From assembly GCA_965112155.1 (NCBI GenBank), contig OZ218113.1: 64,000 bases of DNA; one strand, 5' to 3'. This document shows positions 38,294-51,800 of the stretch, one piece after another; within the stretch, counting starts at the first letter, position 1; every line of letters starts with the position of its first letter. The notes under the pieces are model-generated. The model saw only the letters and a program-made list of their open reading frames with translations. It was not told the DNA's origin and made no database searches. The stretch is from Podarcis liolepis (taxonomy: Eukaryota). The translations under genes were made by a program, and so were the position numbers.

Positions 38294-39644
38294 AATTCTG
38301 TCTCCCTCAGAGAGACCCTGAGTGCTCCCGTGGTTCATCAGTCAGACTCACATTAGTGTGTGGAAAAAATCAACTAATGACAGAAGTTTTAGTTAACGAC
38401 AGACATTTAGGTAATGACTGAAGTTAAGAGTCAGGCAACTCTTCTAGGGTAGCTTTGTAAGTGGCTGGTTCTTGCCTTTACTGTACTAGTCACAAGAGTT
38501 GAATGGAACCACCAGTTTACAGCTGCTGGGAAGAAAGAAGAGGAAGTCATGTTCATGACTTGTTTGTGGGCTTCCCAGATGGATCTGGCTGGCTACTGCC
38601 AGAACCAGAATGGCTGCAGAGATGCATCACTGACCTGATTCAACAGGACAGTTCTCAGGTGAATTGCTGAATTTGGAAGCTTATGGACATCCTAGGCTGG
38701 CTTGTTTCTTCACTTGATCTCAAGGAGTGATAGCTTCCCTGAAGTCCTAAACTTTTCAAAATTTTGCTGTTGTTTGGCTTTATGGTGGTCCATTGGTTTG
38801 TCATTGTCAGATTATATAGGTCAGGGGTTGGGGGGGGGAGAGAGAAAAAGAATAGAAGAGCTCTGGAGATAGTCAACCTCATCACCCAAAAGTCTTTCAC
38901 ATCAACCACATGATACATGGTGCTACTGTGTCATTAAAACTAGGAACAACATGCTGAGAAGGATGAAGACATAATTCCCTAAATAATTATGTAGGAAAAT
39001 GAATTTTAGGAGGCACAACATCTCATTCTTGGAGCACTATGACAATGATGATAAGATGTGCTAATAATAATAATAAATAATGCATTTAAATAACTCAGAA
39101 CAGACGCACTGAAATCAAGGACCATAACTACCTTAAGCCCATCCATTTTAGTCGGTCTGTTCTGAGTGGGACTTAGTTGCATAAGACCCAAAACTTTTTC
39201 AAGGGAGAAGAAATGTTACCACACCCATCACTAGAAATTTCATAGCCATTGCTTTTCAACCATTCCCCCTGTGTGAGTTAGGGGTGAAGGAGAGAGCACA
39301 TGCCCTCTTCTACTCAGAAACTAATTGTTGTTTTTTGTCTGTAGGAAGACTCCATTATACCCCATAACAAAATACTGTTTTTCAGAAACACCTGGGGGAA
39401 AACCAGGGCTCATTGGTAGAACATCTACTTTGCCCGCTGAAGGTCCCAGAGTCAATCCCTAGCACCTCCAGGCAGATCCAAAGAGAGCCACTGCCAGTCA
39501 GTGTCAAGTTGTACTGAGGGATATGGACCAAAGGTCCATGAGGCAACTTCAAACGCTCCTCTGGTGAGCAACAACTGAGCACTACTTCCCCTAGAACTAC
39601 TCTGCTTTTGAAAGAGGTGCAACGTACAGACTAACATCAAAAAA

Positions 39645-39646
<2 letters not shown>

Positions 39647-39695
<49 letters not shown>

Positions 39696-39715
39696 GTATA
39701 TATATATATATATAT
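39647..39715. repeat. interrupted (AT)n microsatellite
   Basis: Direct reading. Confidence 0.95.
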
Positions 39716-40095
39716 GTAGCAAATAGACAAGAATGCTCAGGTTAGTAGCTTGTGTCACTTTGCCTGGTAATCACACAATCGGATGTGCCTGTGTCATTTT
39801 GTGAAACCGTCCAGCCACAACAACCCACACCAAAATAATCTTCTTTTTAAAAGCAGATTGAGTTGGTGCATGTAGTGTTGCTCGTATGCGGGCCCACACT
39901 GGACATTTCATGAGGTAAGTTCTGAACTGTGCAAATCCACCAAAATCTGAGACACATCACCAGTCATGTTGCTCAAGACCTGTGTGAGGGATCCGCCATT
40001 TTATAGATGCCAGCTACCTAAAATGGTGGTTCGTTCGCTCTCTTTCTCTCTTTCTTTCCCTTTCTTTCTCTCTCACACAGTTTGTTGTCTCTCAC

Positions 40096-40380
40096 CTCAC
40101 ACCCTCAGAAGGAACCAAAAGGAAGGGGGAAAGAGCTCAGGAGGAGATGAAGGATTGCAGGAAGTGGTTGGGGGAGACAGTAACAAATGCTAGGATACAC
40201 ACTGATCCTGACAGGCCTCTCTGTCTTCCACAAAGAGGCAGGGGGGAACTGGTTGTGTGTTAAATTCTTCACTGTTTGGGGGGGGGGAGCAAGCGAAGGG
40301 GGGTAACTGAAATCTTCCCTTTTGTCTTTGCTGAAATCCCTCTCCCCAGATCGCCCGCTTTGACTTTTCCCACAGAGGTA
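40096..40380 (-). other. possible alternative first exon from an internal promoter
   Basis: Minus-strand donor GAG|GTGAGA at 40095, lying downstream of the octamer cluster, an NRF1-like motif (40775-40786) and a CCAAT box (40846-40850). Confidence 0.35.
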
Positions 40381-40395
40381 GCCAACAAACCGGGA

Positions 40396-40431
40396 ATGCA
40401 AATGATGTTCATTATGCAAATGCATGCAAAT
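40396..40431 (+). promoter_or_regulatory. cluster of three POU octamers ATGCAAAT
   Basis: Exact octamers at 40396, 40414 and 40424 in unique sequence. Confidence 0.65.
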
Positions 40432-41267
40432 CAGGTTTAACTATTAAAAGAAAAGGAGAAGAGATGGGCTTGGAATGCCTAATGAGAGGGGGGGTTAATG
40501 CCTTTGCTCTCCACCATGATCGTGGTGAAAGGAGCTTGTGTCTGCCTTTGGCGTGAGTTCTGCTGCTGCTGCTCTTGTGATGAATTATCTAATCCCCCCC
40601 AAATCCTGAGCAGACCATTCCCACCACCGCTTGCCTCTCACAAGGTACCCTCCCTTCCTCCTGCCACTCCCAATCTGGAACAGACTGGTCATTAGGAAGG
40701 CGCACCAGGCAGGCGGTAGCGCCTCTTTCTCTACCCCCCTCCCCACCGCAGTCTGCTTTGCCAAGGGAGACTCATGCGCAAGCGCATAGGTGGAACATGA
40801 TAACGGACCCGGGCAGTGGCAAGGAAAACAAAATGATGGCCTGGGATTGGCTAGTTCTGTAATTAAAATGCGTCTGCAGAGAGAAAGAGAGAGAGAGAGA
40901 GACAAAGCAAAATTAAGCCTCGAATTCAAATGGTAGCCACAACCAAAAGAAGACAGGACGGCTTGGCGGTCAAACATTGACCGCGTCAGTTTAACCGTGA
41001 AAATCTGTACACAAACCAAACAATCGTGATGGGAGGCCTAATTGGTCCTGTCTAAACTAAGCTAGAGTCTCAGGGCCTCCAACATCTCTGCAGATGGAAA
41101 TCAGGATCTGTTTGGAACACTCCAGTGTTCAGACCAGATTCCTTCCATCCTCGACGCCCCCAATTCTTTCTGTGCCTCCCTGCCTGATTTCATGGGTTCT
41201 GCAGTTGCTTGCCCGCCATTGATTTAAAACCCAAGATGTCAATGGTCCTCAAAAAAGCAGCCAAACG

Positions 41268-41563
41268 ACTGTCACATGGAAGATGGAGAAAACTTGTTTT
41301 CAGAACCTGAAACCGATGGATTCCAGTGATAAAAAAGAGGCTCTGATTATATATTAGGAAGAACTTTCTGAGGGCAAGAGCTGTTTGACAGTGGAATGGA
41401 TGACCTCAGAAAGTGGGGGAGTCTCCTTCACTGGAGGTTTTTCAGCAGAGGTTGGATGGACATCTGTCAGGGCTTCCTTAGCTGTGATTCTTTAACTGTG
41501 CAGGGACGGGTTGGACTTGTTGACCCATGGGATCCCTTTCCAACTCTACAATTCTATGATTCT
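41268..41563 (+). mobile_element. CR1 3' fragment
   Basis: Ends ccaactctacaattctatgattcta. Confidence 0.8.
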
Positions 41564-41932
41564 ACATAGAGCAAGACTATTTTGTTACCGTACTTCTCCT
41601 ACATTTTTTCCCCTCCTCTTCGGGATCTGAGCCTGACAATCTTTTCGGAAGCAATATGATTTTTCTTTGGAATGATGAAGGGTCTGGCACGACAACCTCT
41701 AGGCTAATTCACAAGGCATCAGGGATAAGGTGGACCAGGAACCTAGCCATCTCTTGAGATGCCCTTGCTTTAGCCAACCTGCTTCCTCTTCCAGGTGTTT
41801 TGGACTACAACTCAACATCAGCACCAGGATCCAGCCTGACATGAACTAGTTGTTGCTGTAGATGGGAGGCATTGCCCATCCTCTCAAACACAAAAGGAAT
41901 GCTTCTTGAGATGGCATTCAAGAATACAAATA

Positions 41933-42166
41933 CAGTGGTACCTCTGGTTAAGTACTTAATTCGTTCCGGAGGTCCGTTCTTAACCTGAAACTGTTCTTAA
42001 CCTGAAGCACCATTTTAGCTAATGGGGCCTCCCGCTGCCACCGGAGCATGATTTCTGTTCTCATCCTGAAGCATAGTTCTTAACCTGAGGTACTATTTCT
42101 GGGTTAGCGGAGTCTGTAACCTGAAGTGGATGTAACCTGAAGCATATGTAACCCGAGGTACCACTG
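41933..42166. mobile_element. Tigger-like MITE, same family
   Basis: TIRs and TA TSD. Confidence 0.9.
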
Positions 42167-43234
42167 TAGCTGCATTAAAAAACAACTCTAAAATCTGCTG
42201 CCCAGTTCTCTGCGGCCACCTTTTCATTTGATCAAAATCTTTTTAAACAGATTAGACAGTTTAGGGTGTGTTCACATGACAGCTTATTCCACACCCAGTG
42301 TGCTCCCACCACTGGTTTTCCCTTGGGGGCCCCTGGTTGGCCACTGTGAGAACAGAAGGCTGGATTAGACGGGCCCTTGGCTTGATCCAGCGGCCTCTTC
42401 TCATGTTCATATAAAGCACCCTGTTTATACCCTGTACATCTTGTGCAATTTCATCTTGGCTTTAGCCACCGCTCTTCATCTCAAGGCTGGCATCCACATT
42501 TGGTAGAGACAGGCAGCTGCCCAGGACCCATGGAGGGCTCAAGAGCCCGGCAGGATGAAGCCTTGGACGGAACGCCATCGCTAATCCGTTATCCCTGCCA
42601 GTCACCTGCTGGATTAAGGATTCCAGAAACGGCCTGAGCAGCACTGCCTGGATTAATGGTGCACTGGGTGGATTTAAAGACCGTGCAAGTGAATGAGTGA
42701 TGTGCTCTTGCTGGGGAACTGGCGGCTGCTTCGCATTGCCACCTGGAGGGGATTTCAAGCCTCTTCCAATTGCGGGGATAGGGGGGGCATAGTCTCTCAT
42801 CCTCCTCACCAGGAGGACAAAAATAACTAATAACCCATCCACAGTTCTTTACGTCAAATAAAGAATCCCCTTGAACAGAGGGTAGGGTGGCAAACATAGC
42901 CACAAATGTTTCTGCCCATAAGGAAAGGCAAGTATATCTTGTTCCCACTCCAGGATAATAAGAACGTAAGAAGAGCTTGCTGGATCAGGCCAAAGGGGAC
43001 TCATCTAGTCCAGCATCCTGTTCTCACAGGGGCCAACCAGATGCCCCAATGGGAAACCCACAAGCAGGCCCTGAACCCTCTCCCCGTCTGTGACTTCTAG
43101 CAGCTAGCATTGCTACTTCCAGCCATGGAGGCAGAGCACAACCATCAAGAGGAGTAGCTGTTGATAGCACACTCCTCCATGAATTTGTCTGTATTTCCCA
43201 AGGCCTTGATAATAATAATAAAAAAATTAATAAT

Positions 43235-43545
43235 GTATTATTTACACCCCACCCATCTGGCTGGGTTTCCCCAGCCACTGGGTGGCTTCCAACCGAATAT
43301 TAAAAACAACACAGTGTCAGACATTAAAAACTTCCCTAAACAGTTGTCTTTTAAAAGTAAAATGGCTGTTTATTGCCTTGACATCTGCAGGGAGGGCATT
43401 CCACAGGGCAGGTGCCACTACTGAGAAGGCCCGCTGCCTGGTTCCCTGTAACCTCACTTCTTGCAGCGAGGGAACCGCCAGAAGGCCTTCGGCGCTGGAC
43501 CTCAGTGTCTGGGCTGGATGATGGGGGTGGAGACGCTCCTTTAGG
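43235..43545 (-). mobile_element. L2 LINE 3' fragment
   Basis: Near-identical to 57130-57390 and includes the 3' tail. Confidence 0.8.
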
Positions 43546-45840
43546 TATTAACAAATTGACAAATGAGTGCCCTCATTCTTGCAGGTTCCCAAGCTCCCTT
43601 GCTCTCTCTCTCCCCACTTCTGCTCTTTACATCATTTCTCCAGCCTCTTTAGGGGCACTGAGATGAAAACTGCAAGAGCCATATATCAGAATGGTGACCA
43701 TCACTGCCTCCCTGTGGGACGAGCTTTTGAGTTTAACAATAGCCCTTTGCTGCAGGTTTACCTGAAGTGCTTGAAATTACAGCTGGTTCTTCCAATGTCC
43801 ATTTTGCACCTAGCTATTGATGATTTGAATGTGAGTCCTGCCATGACAAAGAGATGTTCAGCAGGAAATTGGCAAAGGCAACCACCACCAAGTGGAAATG
43901 GTCGACTAGCGTTTTTTGGACCAACCTTTGTCAGTGGGCAAACCAAATTGCTTAAAAGCTGCTCCAAAATCCTACGACCAAAGGCTCATCTAGTCCAGCT
44001 TTCTAAGGGCAACAGTTGGTAGTATTACAAGGGGGGGGGGACTATGGCTGCTCCCATATTGTGGGGTTCCTTCTTTGTTATCCTTCTGTTGGCAGACCAG
44101 TGCCTTTTCATTCATGAAGGCCTTTGGAAACCAAGGGGCAAAAGATGCTGTCCACTGGGCTGCTGCCAGGGCAAACTCTCTTTTAATTGCTTGTTCTAAA
44201 TGTGTTTTGATTTTTTAACTGTTTTTTCCAACTAGTTTCATTTTATTAATTTGTATATTTGTTTGCTTGCTTGTTCATTTAATGTATTTATATCCCACCT
44301 TTCTCCCAAGTTGGGATTCCTACATTTAAAAACGTCATTATAAAATACAAACAAACATGTCACCCTCTTATTCTGGGGGTAGTAAGCACAGCCACTGCAG
44401 CTAAGAGTCATTGGTAGCCTTATCCTCTAGGAATTTGTCTGAACCCCCTCTAAACTATTCCAAATTGGTGTCTCCCTCTACATCCAAAGGAAGCAAATTC
44501 CATAGTTTAACTATGTGCTGTGCTTAAAATGTTCTTTGTTTTGTCTACCCCGAATCTCCCAATATTCAGTTCATTGGGTGATCCTGCTGGATTACGATAA
44601 TATGAGGAGGGATGAGAGAGAAAGTTAATTTGGTTCACATTTAAAGGCGAACCCACGTAATTCATGCTTTCCTAAATGATAAAGAGAAACAGAAAACAGC
44701 CATCCTTCGAAATTTGCACTTCTCTGAATTTTATATAGTGCAGTTCTCCAGTACAAAAACACACTTACTGGGGTAAGCTGTGCATAAAAATGCATATGTT
44801 GGTGTAAACAACACACATTATAACATATCATGCATTATATTGAGGGAAACGTCTTTACAAAACTGTGTGTGCACAGGGCAAAACTGCACACAAACTTGTG
44901 TCTCTTAGAAGAAATTCACACAAAAACGCTCATGAATTTTCAATATGACTTAAAAAAAAAAAATTCACAAACTGATGCGGAAATGTGAAGAGCTGAAATT
45001 CTGATTAGAAAACAGGGAAAACCCAAAATGGCAGATTCAAAGCCCCCCCCCCCACTATGAGAGATGGTGGGGAACATTTTTACACCCCACTGTCATGTGA
45101 TTCACCTTTCTTCCCCCTAATCGAATAAGCTGCAGGTGTTGTCATCTTTCCTCATAGGAGTCACTCCATCCCCTTGATCAATTTGGTTGCCCTTTTCTGA
45201 ACCTTTCCCAGCTCAGCAATACCAAAACTGTAGTCCAACTGGGGCTGCGCAACACAGACAACCATTGTCAGAAAGTAACAGTAAAGACCTAACTATTTGC
45301 AAGAGATGCCAGCATGCTACTCCTACAGAGGTGGTGGCTCAAATGGCTTTTTATTTTTATTTTTGTTTACTGCAATTTAAACTATTTGCAGCTTTTTCAA
45401 CCTGCTCTTTTAATTGCAGTTGTCGGCTTTAAAACTGTTGCAACCCCCACCCTGAAATCTTAGGATGGAGCTCAAGCTAAAAGTATCCCCAATAAATTGC
45501 AATCCCTCTTTGAAATGTTTATTTCCCCCCTCCTGTTTTTGGCAACGACTTCTGCAAATAAGATTGTGCAGGTCTACGCAGCCAATCTGATGCCACATAG
45601 AAAGTTGGGTCACGTGCCTATGAACATGGACTTGGGAGTAAGCCCCATCAAATACAGTGGAACATACATCTGAATACCCACAAACAGGGTTCCACTGTGA
45701 GACAGTGATGGTTTCATAATGCCTTCAGGCGTAAGGGAACGAAACCAGCCAATCAGACTCCACTCTGTACATTCCCCTACATGTTTCCACTCAACCACTT
45801 TGATCTGTGAAACTGGCACCGCTACAGGTGCCACATAATA

Positions 45841-46055
45841 CAGTGGTACCTTGGGTTACAGACGCTTCAGGTTACAGACTCCGCTAACCCGGAAGTAGTA
45901 CCTCGGGTTAAGTACTTTACCTCAGGATGAGAACAGAAATTGCGCGGCAGCAGCGGGAGGCCCCATTAGCTAAAGTGGTACCTCAGGTTAAGAACAGTTT
46001 CAGGTTAAGAACGGACCTCCAGAACGAATTAAGTCCTTAACCCGAGATACCACTG
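45841..46055. mobile_element. Tigger-like MITE, same family (reverse orientation)
   Basis: TIRs and TA TSD. Confidence 0.88.
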
Positions 46056-47453
46056 TACTCATTCCGCATTGGTAAGACCTTTGGGTATAGGGCGGTATAG
46101 AATTTAAATAAATAAATAAATACGAACTCAGTCGTTTAGTGTGGCAGTGCCTAAATTTGAAACTCCCTGCCTTTTGAGATCAAGCTGGCACCCTTCACTG
46201 TACTCTTTTCAGGACCTGCTAAAAATATTCCTGTTTAGGCACCCCTTCACCTCTCCCCTCTTGACATAGAAGCCAACTCCTAGGGGCCAAGGGATCTTTG
46301 CCCCCCTCCCATAAAATATTTGATGGTGGGCCCACCCCACAAAAAAGCTGATGAGCATTGTTATTCAAATTTTGCGCGTGTTCCACACCATGTGATCGAT
46401 TATGCAGGGTGGGGCTTACCTGCCCCCTCCCACAATATTTTATTCAAGTTGGCACCCCTGCCTCTTGATAAGCAGCAGCGCCTTGTGGTTTTGGAAGACA
46501 GAAGAGAATTGGAGCCCCGACCCCCATGCTGCCCCCCCCCAGGCAGAGGGGGTGGCTTGGCAGGCTCTTGCTGGCTGGAGGCCTCTAAGCTGAGGCTGAG
46601 TGGGGTGTCTCTTGAGAAAGTGGAGTTTGGACTAGTTGTCCTTCAAGGTTAACTAGTCGAAGTCTGTGACTCTCCAGCGGTGCTTGCCTGTTGTCATTTT
46701 GGTGGCAAGGACTTTTAATAGTTTTATTCCATGCATGTTATGGTTTTCATTGTTCTGCTGCATGGCTGCTCCTTTTGCCCTTTTGTTGTTTCTAAAGTTT
46801 GCTCTTCATATTATGCACGCTTTTCAATAAACACAGGGCATTTTACAACAAAGAAATGGTGTTTCCCCGGAGCTTTAAAATTTCTAAGACATGTGGAAAA
46901 GAAGAGTTCACTTCTCAATTAATACACTAGCCTGGTTGTTGTTGTTGTTGTCGCTGCTGTTTTAAAATTTAACTTCTGCAGAAATCAGTCTGCAGAGTTA
47001 CACCAAGAAAGAGAAGAAAAAGAAAAGAAACGGAATGTTTAAATCGCCCTCTTGGAAAGCAAGGGAGGGAGAGCGGGAAGACAATAACATTCCCGAAGGC
47101 AGAATGCTGAGATGGAGGAGAGTCGCAGCGTTTACCCAAGACCCACGCTCCTTAGCAAAGCGCAATCCACACATCTTTCTCCAAACCCTGCAGTTTCAAC
47201 AAAAGCGTCTTTCAAGGTTTTCCAGATGCAAGTGCTTCAGCTCAATGAGCCAAGCACACCCACACACTTCCGAGAGAGGCCGGCGGCTAGCAGGATAAGA
47301 CAAGGGGAAGAAGGGGGCCTTTCTGTCAACCCCTCGCTGATATCACCGCAAGCAGGAAGACCTTTCACTGTGGGCATTACTGGAGATAAAAGCAATGATA
47401 ACAATAACTCTTATGCTCCACTTTTCCTCCAAGGAGCCTGAGATGATGTACAA

Positions 47454-47589
47454 CAGGCATAGGCAAACTCAACCCTCCAGATGTTTTGGGACTACAACTC
47501 CCATCATCCCTAGCTAGCAGGACCAGTGGTCAGGGACGATGGGAATTGTAGTCTCAAAACATCTAGAGGGCCGAGTTTGCCTATGCCTG
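47454..47589. mobile_element. hAT fold-back MITE
   Basis: TIR caggcataggcaaactc with TSD ATGTACAA; inserted in a SINE. Confidence 0.9.
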
Positions 47590-48309
47590 ATGTACAAAGT
47601 TTTCTCCCCAGCTCCACTGTATCCTCACAATGACCCCATGAGGGTATATTAGGCTGAGAGGCTGTGGCCGGCCCAAGGTCACCCTGTGAGCTTCATGGCC
47701 AAGTGGGGATTTGAACCCTCATCTCCCAGGTCCTAGTCTGACACTCTATCCACTGCACCACACTGGCTCTGGAGGGGGCAGAAGACCATCTCCCAGAATT
47801 CACCCAGCCTGGGGGCTGTAAGGGTTAATAGGATGTGTGGCGGCAGCATCCCCAGATATTTGGGGACCCAACTGGTCCATCTGGCAAGACAGCTGTGCAA
47901 GGAAAGGCATGAGCAGCCTCTCCTAGCTCCTCCATCCTTTCCTGTCCATGGGAAGCCTGGATATTGTGTGCATGTATGACAGGAATGTATTATTGAACCA
48001 AAATTCTGGATCCGTGTTTTCATGGTTATTTCTATTGCCCCTAAGCAATCCTTGCAGCCTAACCCAAAACTTGCATTCCCCGCCCTGGACTTTAGCTCAA
48101 GTAGTGCTAAGGGTCATAAAGAACTATGTGGTACTTCTGTTTAAGAACAGCCCTGTTTAATGTTGTCTGGGATGTGGCCTTATCAGAAAGTTTCACCTGC
48201 CACAGAAGGGTTCTACAAGGAACTTCCAAAAGAGACAAATTTGACATGGTGTAGCATCCATTAATATCTTATGTCATTGACTATGAAAGCGAGTTCCCAT
48301 TGCCCACTA

Positions 48310-48834
48310 CAGTGGTGCCTCGCAAGACGAAATTACCGTATTTTTCGCTCTATAACACGCACCCGACCATAACACACACGTAGTTTTTAGAGGAGGAAAA
48401 TCCGTAGGCATGCCACCCGTAGGCATTTCCTCCATAACACGCACAGACATTTCCCCTTACTTTCTAGGAGGAAAAAAGTGAGTGTTATGGTGCAAAAAAT
48501 ACAGTAATTCGTTCTGCGAGTTTTTTCGTTTAGCGAATTTTTCGTCTTGCGAAGCACGGTGTCGGAAAAGTTTTGGAAAAGCTTCAAAAATCGCCAAAAA
48601 CCTCAAAAAAGGCTACCACACCGCGTTCTATGAGTTGCTCCTCGAAGTCAAGTCGCAACTGTATTAAGGGTGTTAAGAAAAAGGAAACAAACTTGCAAAA
48701 AACGCAAGACATTTTCGTCTTGCGAAGCAAGCCCATAGGGAAATTCGTCTTGCGAAGCAGCTCAAAAACCGCAAAACCCTTTCGTCTAGCGAGTTTTTCA
48801 TCTTGGGAGGCATTCGTCTTGCGGGGCACCACTG
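48310..48834. mobile_element. Tigger-like MITE, third family, with a nested insertion
   Basis: TIR cagtggtgcctcgcaagacg / cgtcttgcggggcaccactg with TA TSD. Confidence 0.85.
48336..48504. mobile_element. nested Tc1/mariner MITE with CCGTATTT termini
   Basis: Flanked by TA duplicates. Removing it restores the host sequence aaattaattcgttc. Confidence 0.8.
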
Positions 48835-51800
48835 TACTCAGAAAAATATTTGGAAAGGTTATTTAAGTAACTGATTTGTCCAAAGCCCAAATAAGGGCAC
48901 TCTTGTATTGTTTAGGTAACACAAGTTATGATACTGGACAACAATTAATGCTTTTTTGTGAAAAATCAATGAAATAAGCTGGGGGGGGGACTGTTTGAAA
49001 CGCCCCCCCCCCGGAACCATTTGGTGAAGGTTGGGATATAAAAGTAATAATAATAAATTATACAAATATCTGACCTGTCTTATCCTGCTGCCCTCAGGAT
49101 CTCACTAAACTTAACATAAAATCCAATATATCATATTCTTTATCACTCCAGAAGTACTTCAGACTATAGATAAGGCTATATTATGCATTATTCTACATGT
49201 AATTTCAAATGTGTTTTTGTATGACAGAGAAAAATTAAGCTTGAGGTTCATAGAAATCTCTGGATTTAGAGGCCAGCAACTGATTTAACGTTCCTTCCCC
49301 TCCTCCCCAAATTCCAATGGAATAGTTGCTTACACAAGCCACCTTATTTCCTACCCCTCTGCAAACAAATATCGTTTGCAACTGCTTGCTTTACAAGCTG
49401 AACAAATGCAGTTTTGTGGGTGATCTGGGGATGCTGCTGAGTCATGGTTTCTGGACAGGCTACAACTTGAATTTTCATCACCAGGAGGATCCCGGCAGGC
49501 TTAAGGCCCCCAGAAAACACCCCCAGGCCAGGTGCTCTGCCAACATCACATCTAATAACAGCCAGGGCGTAATCAGGGTGACATGTCTGGCAGCAGAACT
49601 GTATCTCTAAGATCGCCCAAAGCCACAATATTTGCCACTTCAGGCTGAGACGGCCATAATGAATCAGGATGATGCCTCAGGCAGGTCACAAGGTCGAATT
49701 TGAGTGTAGGAACATCAGAAGAGCCTGGCTACTGGATCAGGCCAAAGGGGACCCAGTATCCTGCTCTCACAGTGGCCAGCCAGCTGCCCCAATGGGGAGC
49801 CCCCAAGCAGGACCTGAGCTTAAGAGCCTGCTCCCCACTTGTGCTTCCTCCCTGAAGTTGGGGGTGGTAAGCCTCTGAATATCAGCAGCTGAGGGAGCAT
49901 ATAGCCATCATAGCATCCCTCCATGGGTTTGTCTAACCTGCTTGCAAAGCCATCTAAATTGGTGGCCTTCTCTACCTCTTCCGGGAATAAATCTCACACA
50001 TGTCCGTCTGGGGCCTTGAATGTGTGAAAACAACTGAACTGTAGTAGACTCCATTTGCAGCCATGCCACTACACCAGTCTTTCCTAATCTGGTTCCTCCC
50101 AGATATTTTGCACCACAATTCCCATCAGCCCAAGCCACCAAGATGCCCAGGTTGTTGAGAGCACAGCCCCTGGGGCTGATGGGAGTAGAAGTTCAAAACA
50201 TCTGGAAGGGAAAAGGTTGCGGAAGACTGCTTCATCTCTTCTTAACTGCACATGTGTGATTTAACTGATGTAGGATCCACAATGAATCATCTTTGCTGAT
50301 GATTTGCAGAGGCACATGAATTCAGGCAGCTGGCTGCTCAGATTTTTATTTTCCCCTCTCACACTACTGGAGCCAAAAGGAGAAGAGGGGAAAAACTAGT
50401 TTCAGATAAATAAATATACCTGCTCTTAACTCACACCGCGCACACAAAACATCCCCCACCCCTCAAATGTTGATAAAAGCATTTCCATTCAATGCCATGC
50501 AGATCCCAGAATGCCCTGTCCTTGGAGCTTGCTCCAATACAAGCTAGTAATTCTGACCTAGTTTCTGAAAAATTGACTCAAATAATCAATAATCTCAAAT
50601 AATCAACTAAAACTATAGTTGATTACATTTCTCAGCTCCGTGTCCATCAAAAGCTAACCCTAAATCCACAGAGGGTGGGCTGGCCAAGGGCCTCTTCTCC
50701 ACTCGGCACGTCATCCTGAAGCACATCACAGCAACCTTTGGCCAACTTGGAAAGTCACAATGACTATGTCCTACCCTCCCCTGTTGGAAACAGGACACCT
50801 TGAAATATCAGGTGCTGGGAGTTGCTCACACATCCAACTGGTGGTCTTTCACATAACATCCAAAGCTGCTCCGTTGCCCTTGTGTGCTGGGGCTGATCTC
50901 ATGGGCTTAAAATTTAAAGAGAGGCTGCAGATCCAGAAGAATTTGAGTTGACGGGTCTAAGGAATGCAGGAATGCCCAAAGCCAGTGCTTAGACCACTAA
51001 GCCACCATTGCACCAGGTGATTCAGTGCCTTAATTCCCCTCAGCTCTGAAACTGGGGTCACATTGTTCTCCTCCCACCCCTTCTCTGCACAGGCAGGTCA
51101 AATATAACTAGAGCAGAGCTTACTGTGCAACACAGGAGGTGGAGGTTGCCTAGCCTCAGTGATCCATGCGCTGGTTGGTAACCCTCACAGCTGGACTACT
51201 GCAATGTGTCTCTGCTTGAAAATGGCCCAGAGGTTGCAGTGAGTGCAGAATGCAACTGCTGATCAGGGCAATGAAATGGGATCGTGCGCCAGCAATCCTG
51301 AAATCCCTGCATTGCCTGCAAGCACTCCCCTCTTCTAAGCTATGTTTGTGCCTCATACTGGCACACGTGCAAACACGCAAACACACACACAAGCTTGTTT
51401 GTCCAAGGATTTCTTCAAGGTACTTAAGAGTCCAAAAACAATTGGAGGGCTTAACCTCAAGTCCAGTCAGTGCCTTCAGAACATGCAGTTGCTTCCTGTG
51501 TTTCATTGTGGGAATACACTGCATTTTCCTAGTGTGAAAAATCAGATCACTTGAGCTTTCTGAAGATGCAGCTTGCCCAGCAACAGATGAAAGATTGGTG
51601 TTTGGGTACCCCAAACTAACTCCACAAGGCCTGTACGTTTTCAACACTGCCTGCTAGAGTCATGATGAATAACTCCAAAGTGGATAGTGCTGAGCTCTGG
51701 CTATTGGAATGCTCAAACCAGCTCCCAATGCCAACACAGTCCTGATCAAAACATCAATTATTTCCACGTGTGCCACATTCGCTCTCTTGAAACTTGGAGG

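Noticed and set aside
46720-46990. Possible alternative terminal exon (acceptor ~46989, AATAAA ~46725)
   Set aside because: The signals are plausible but lie in low-complexity sequence, with no independent support.
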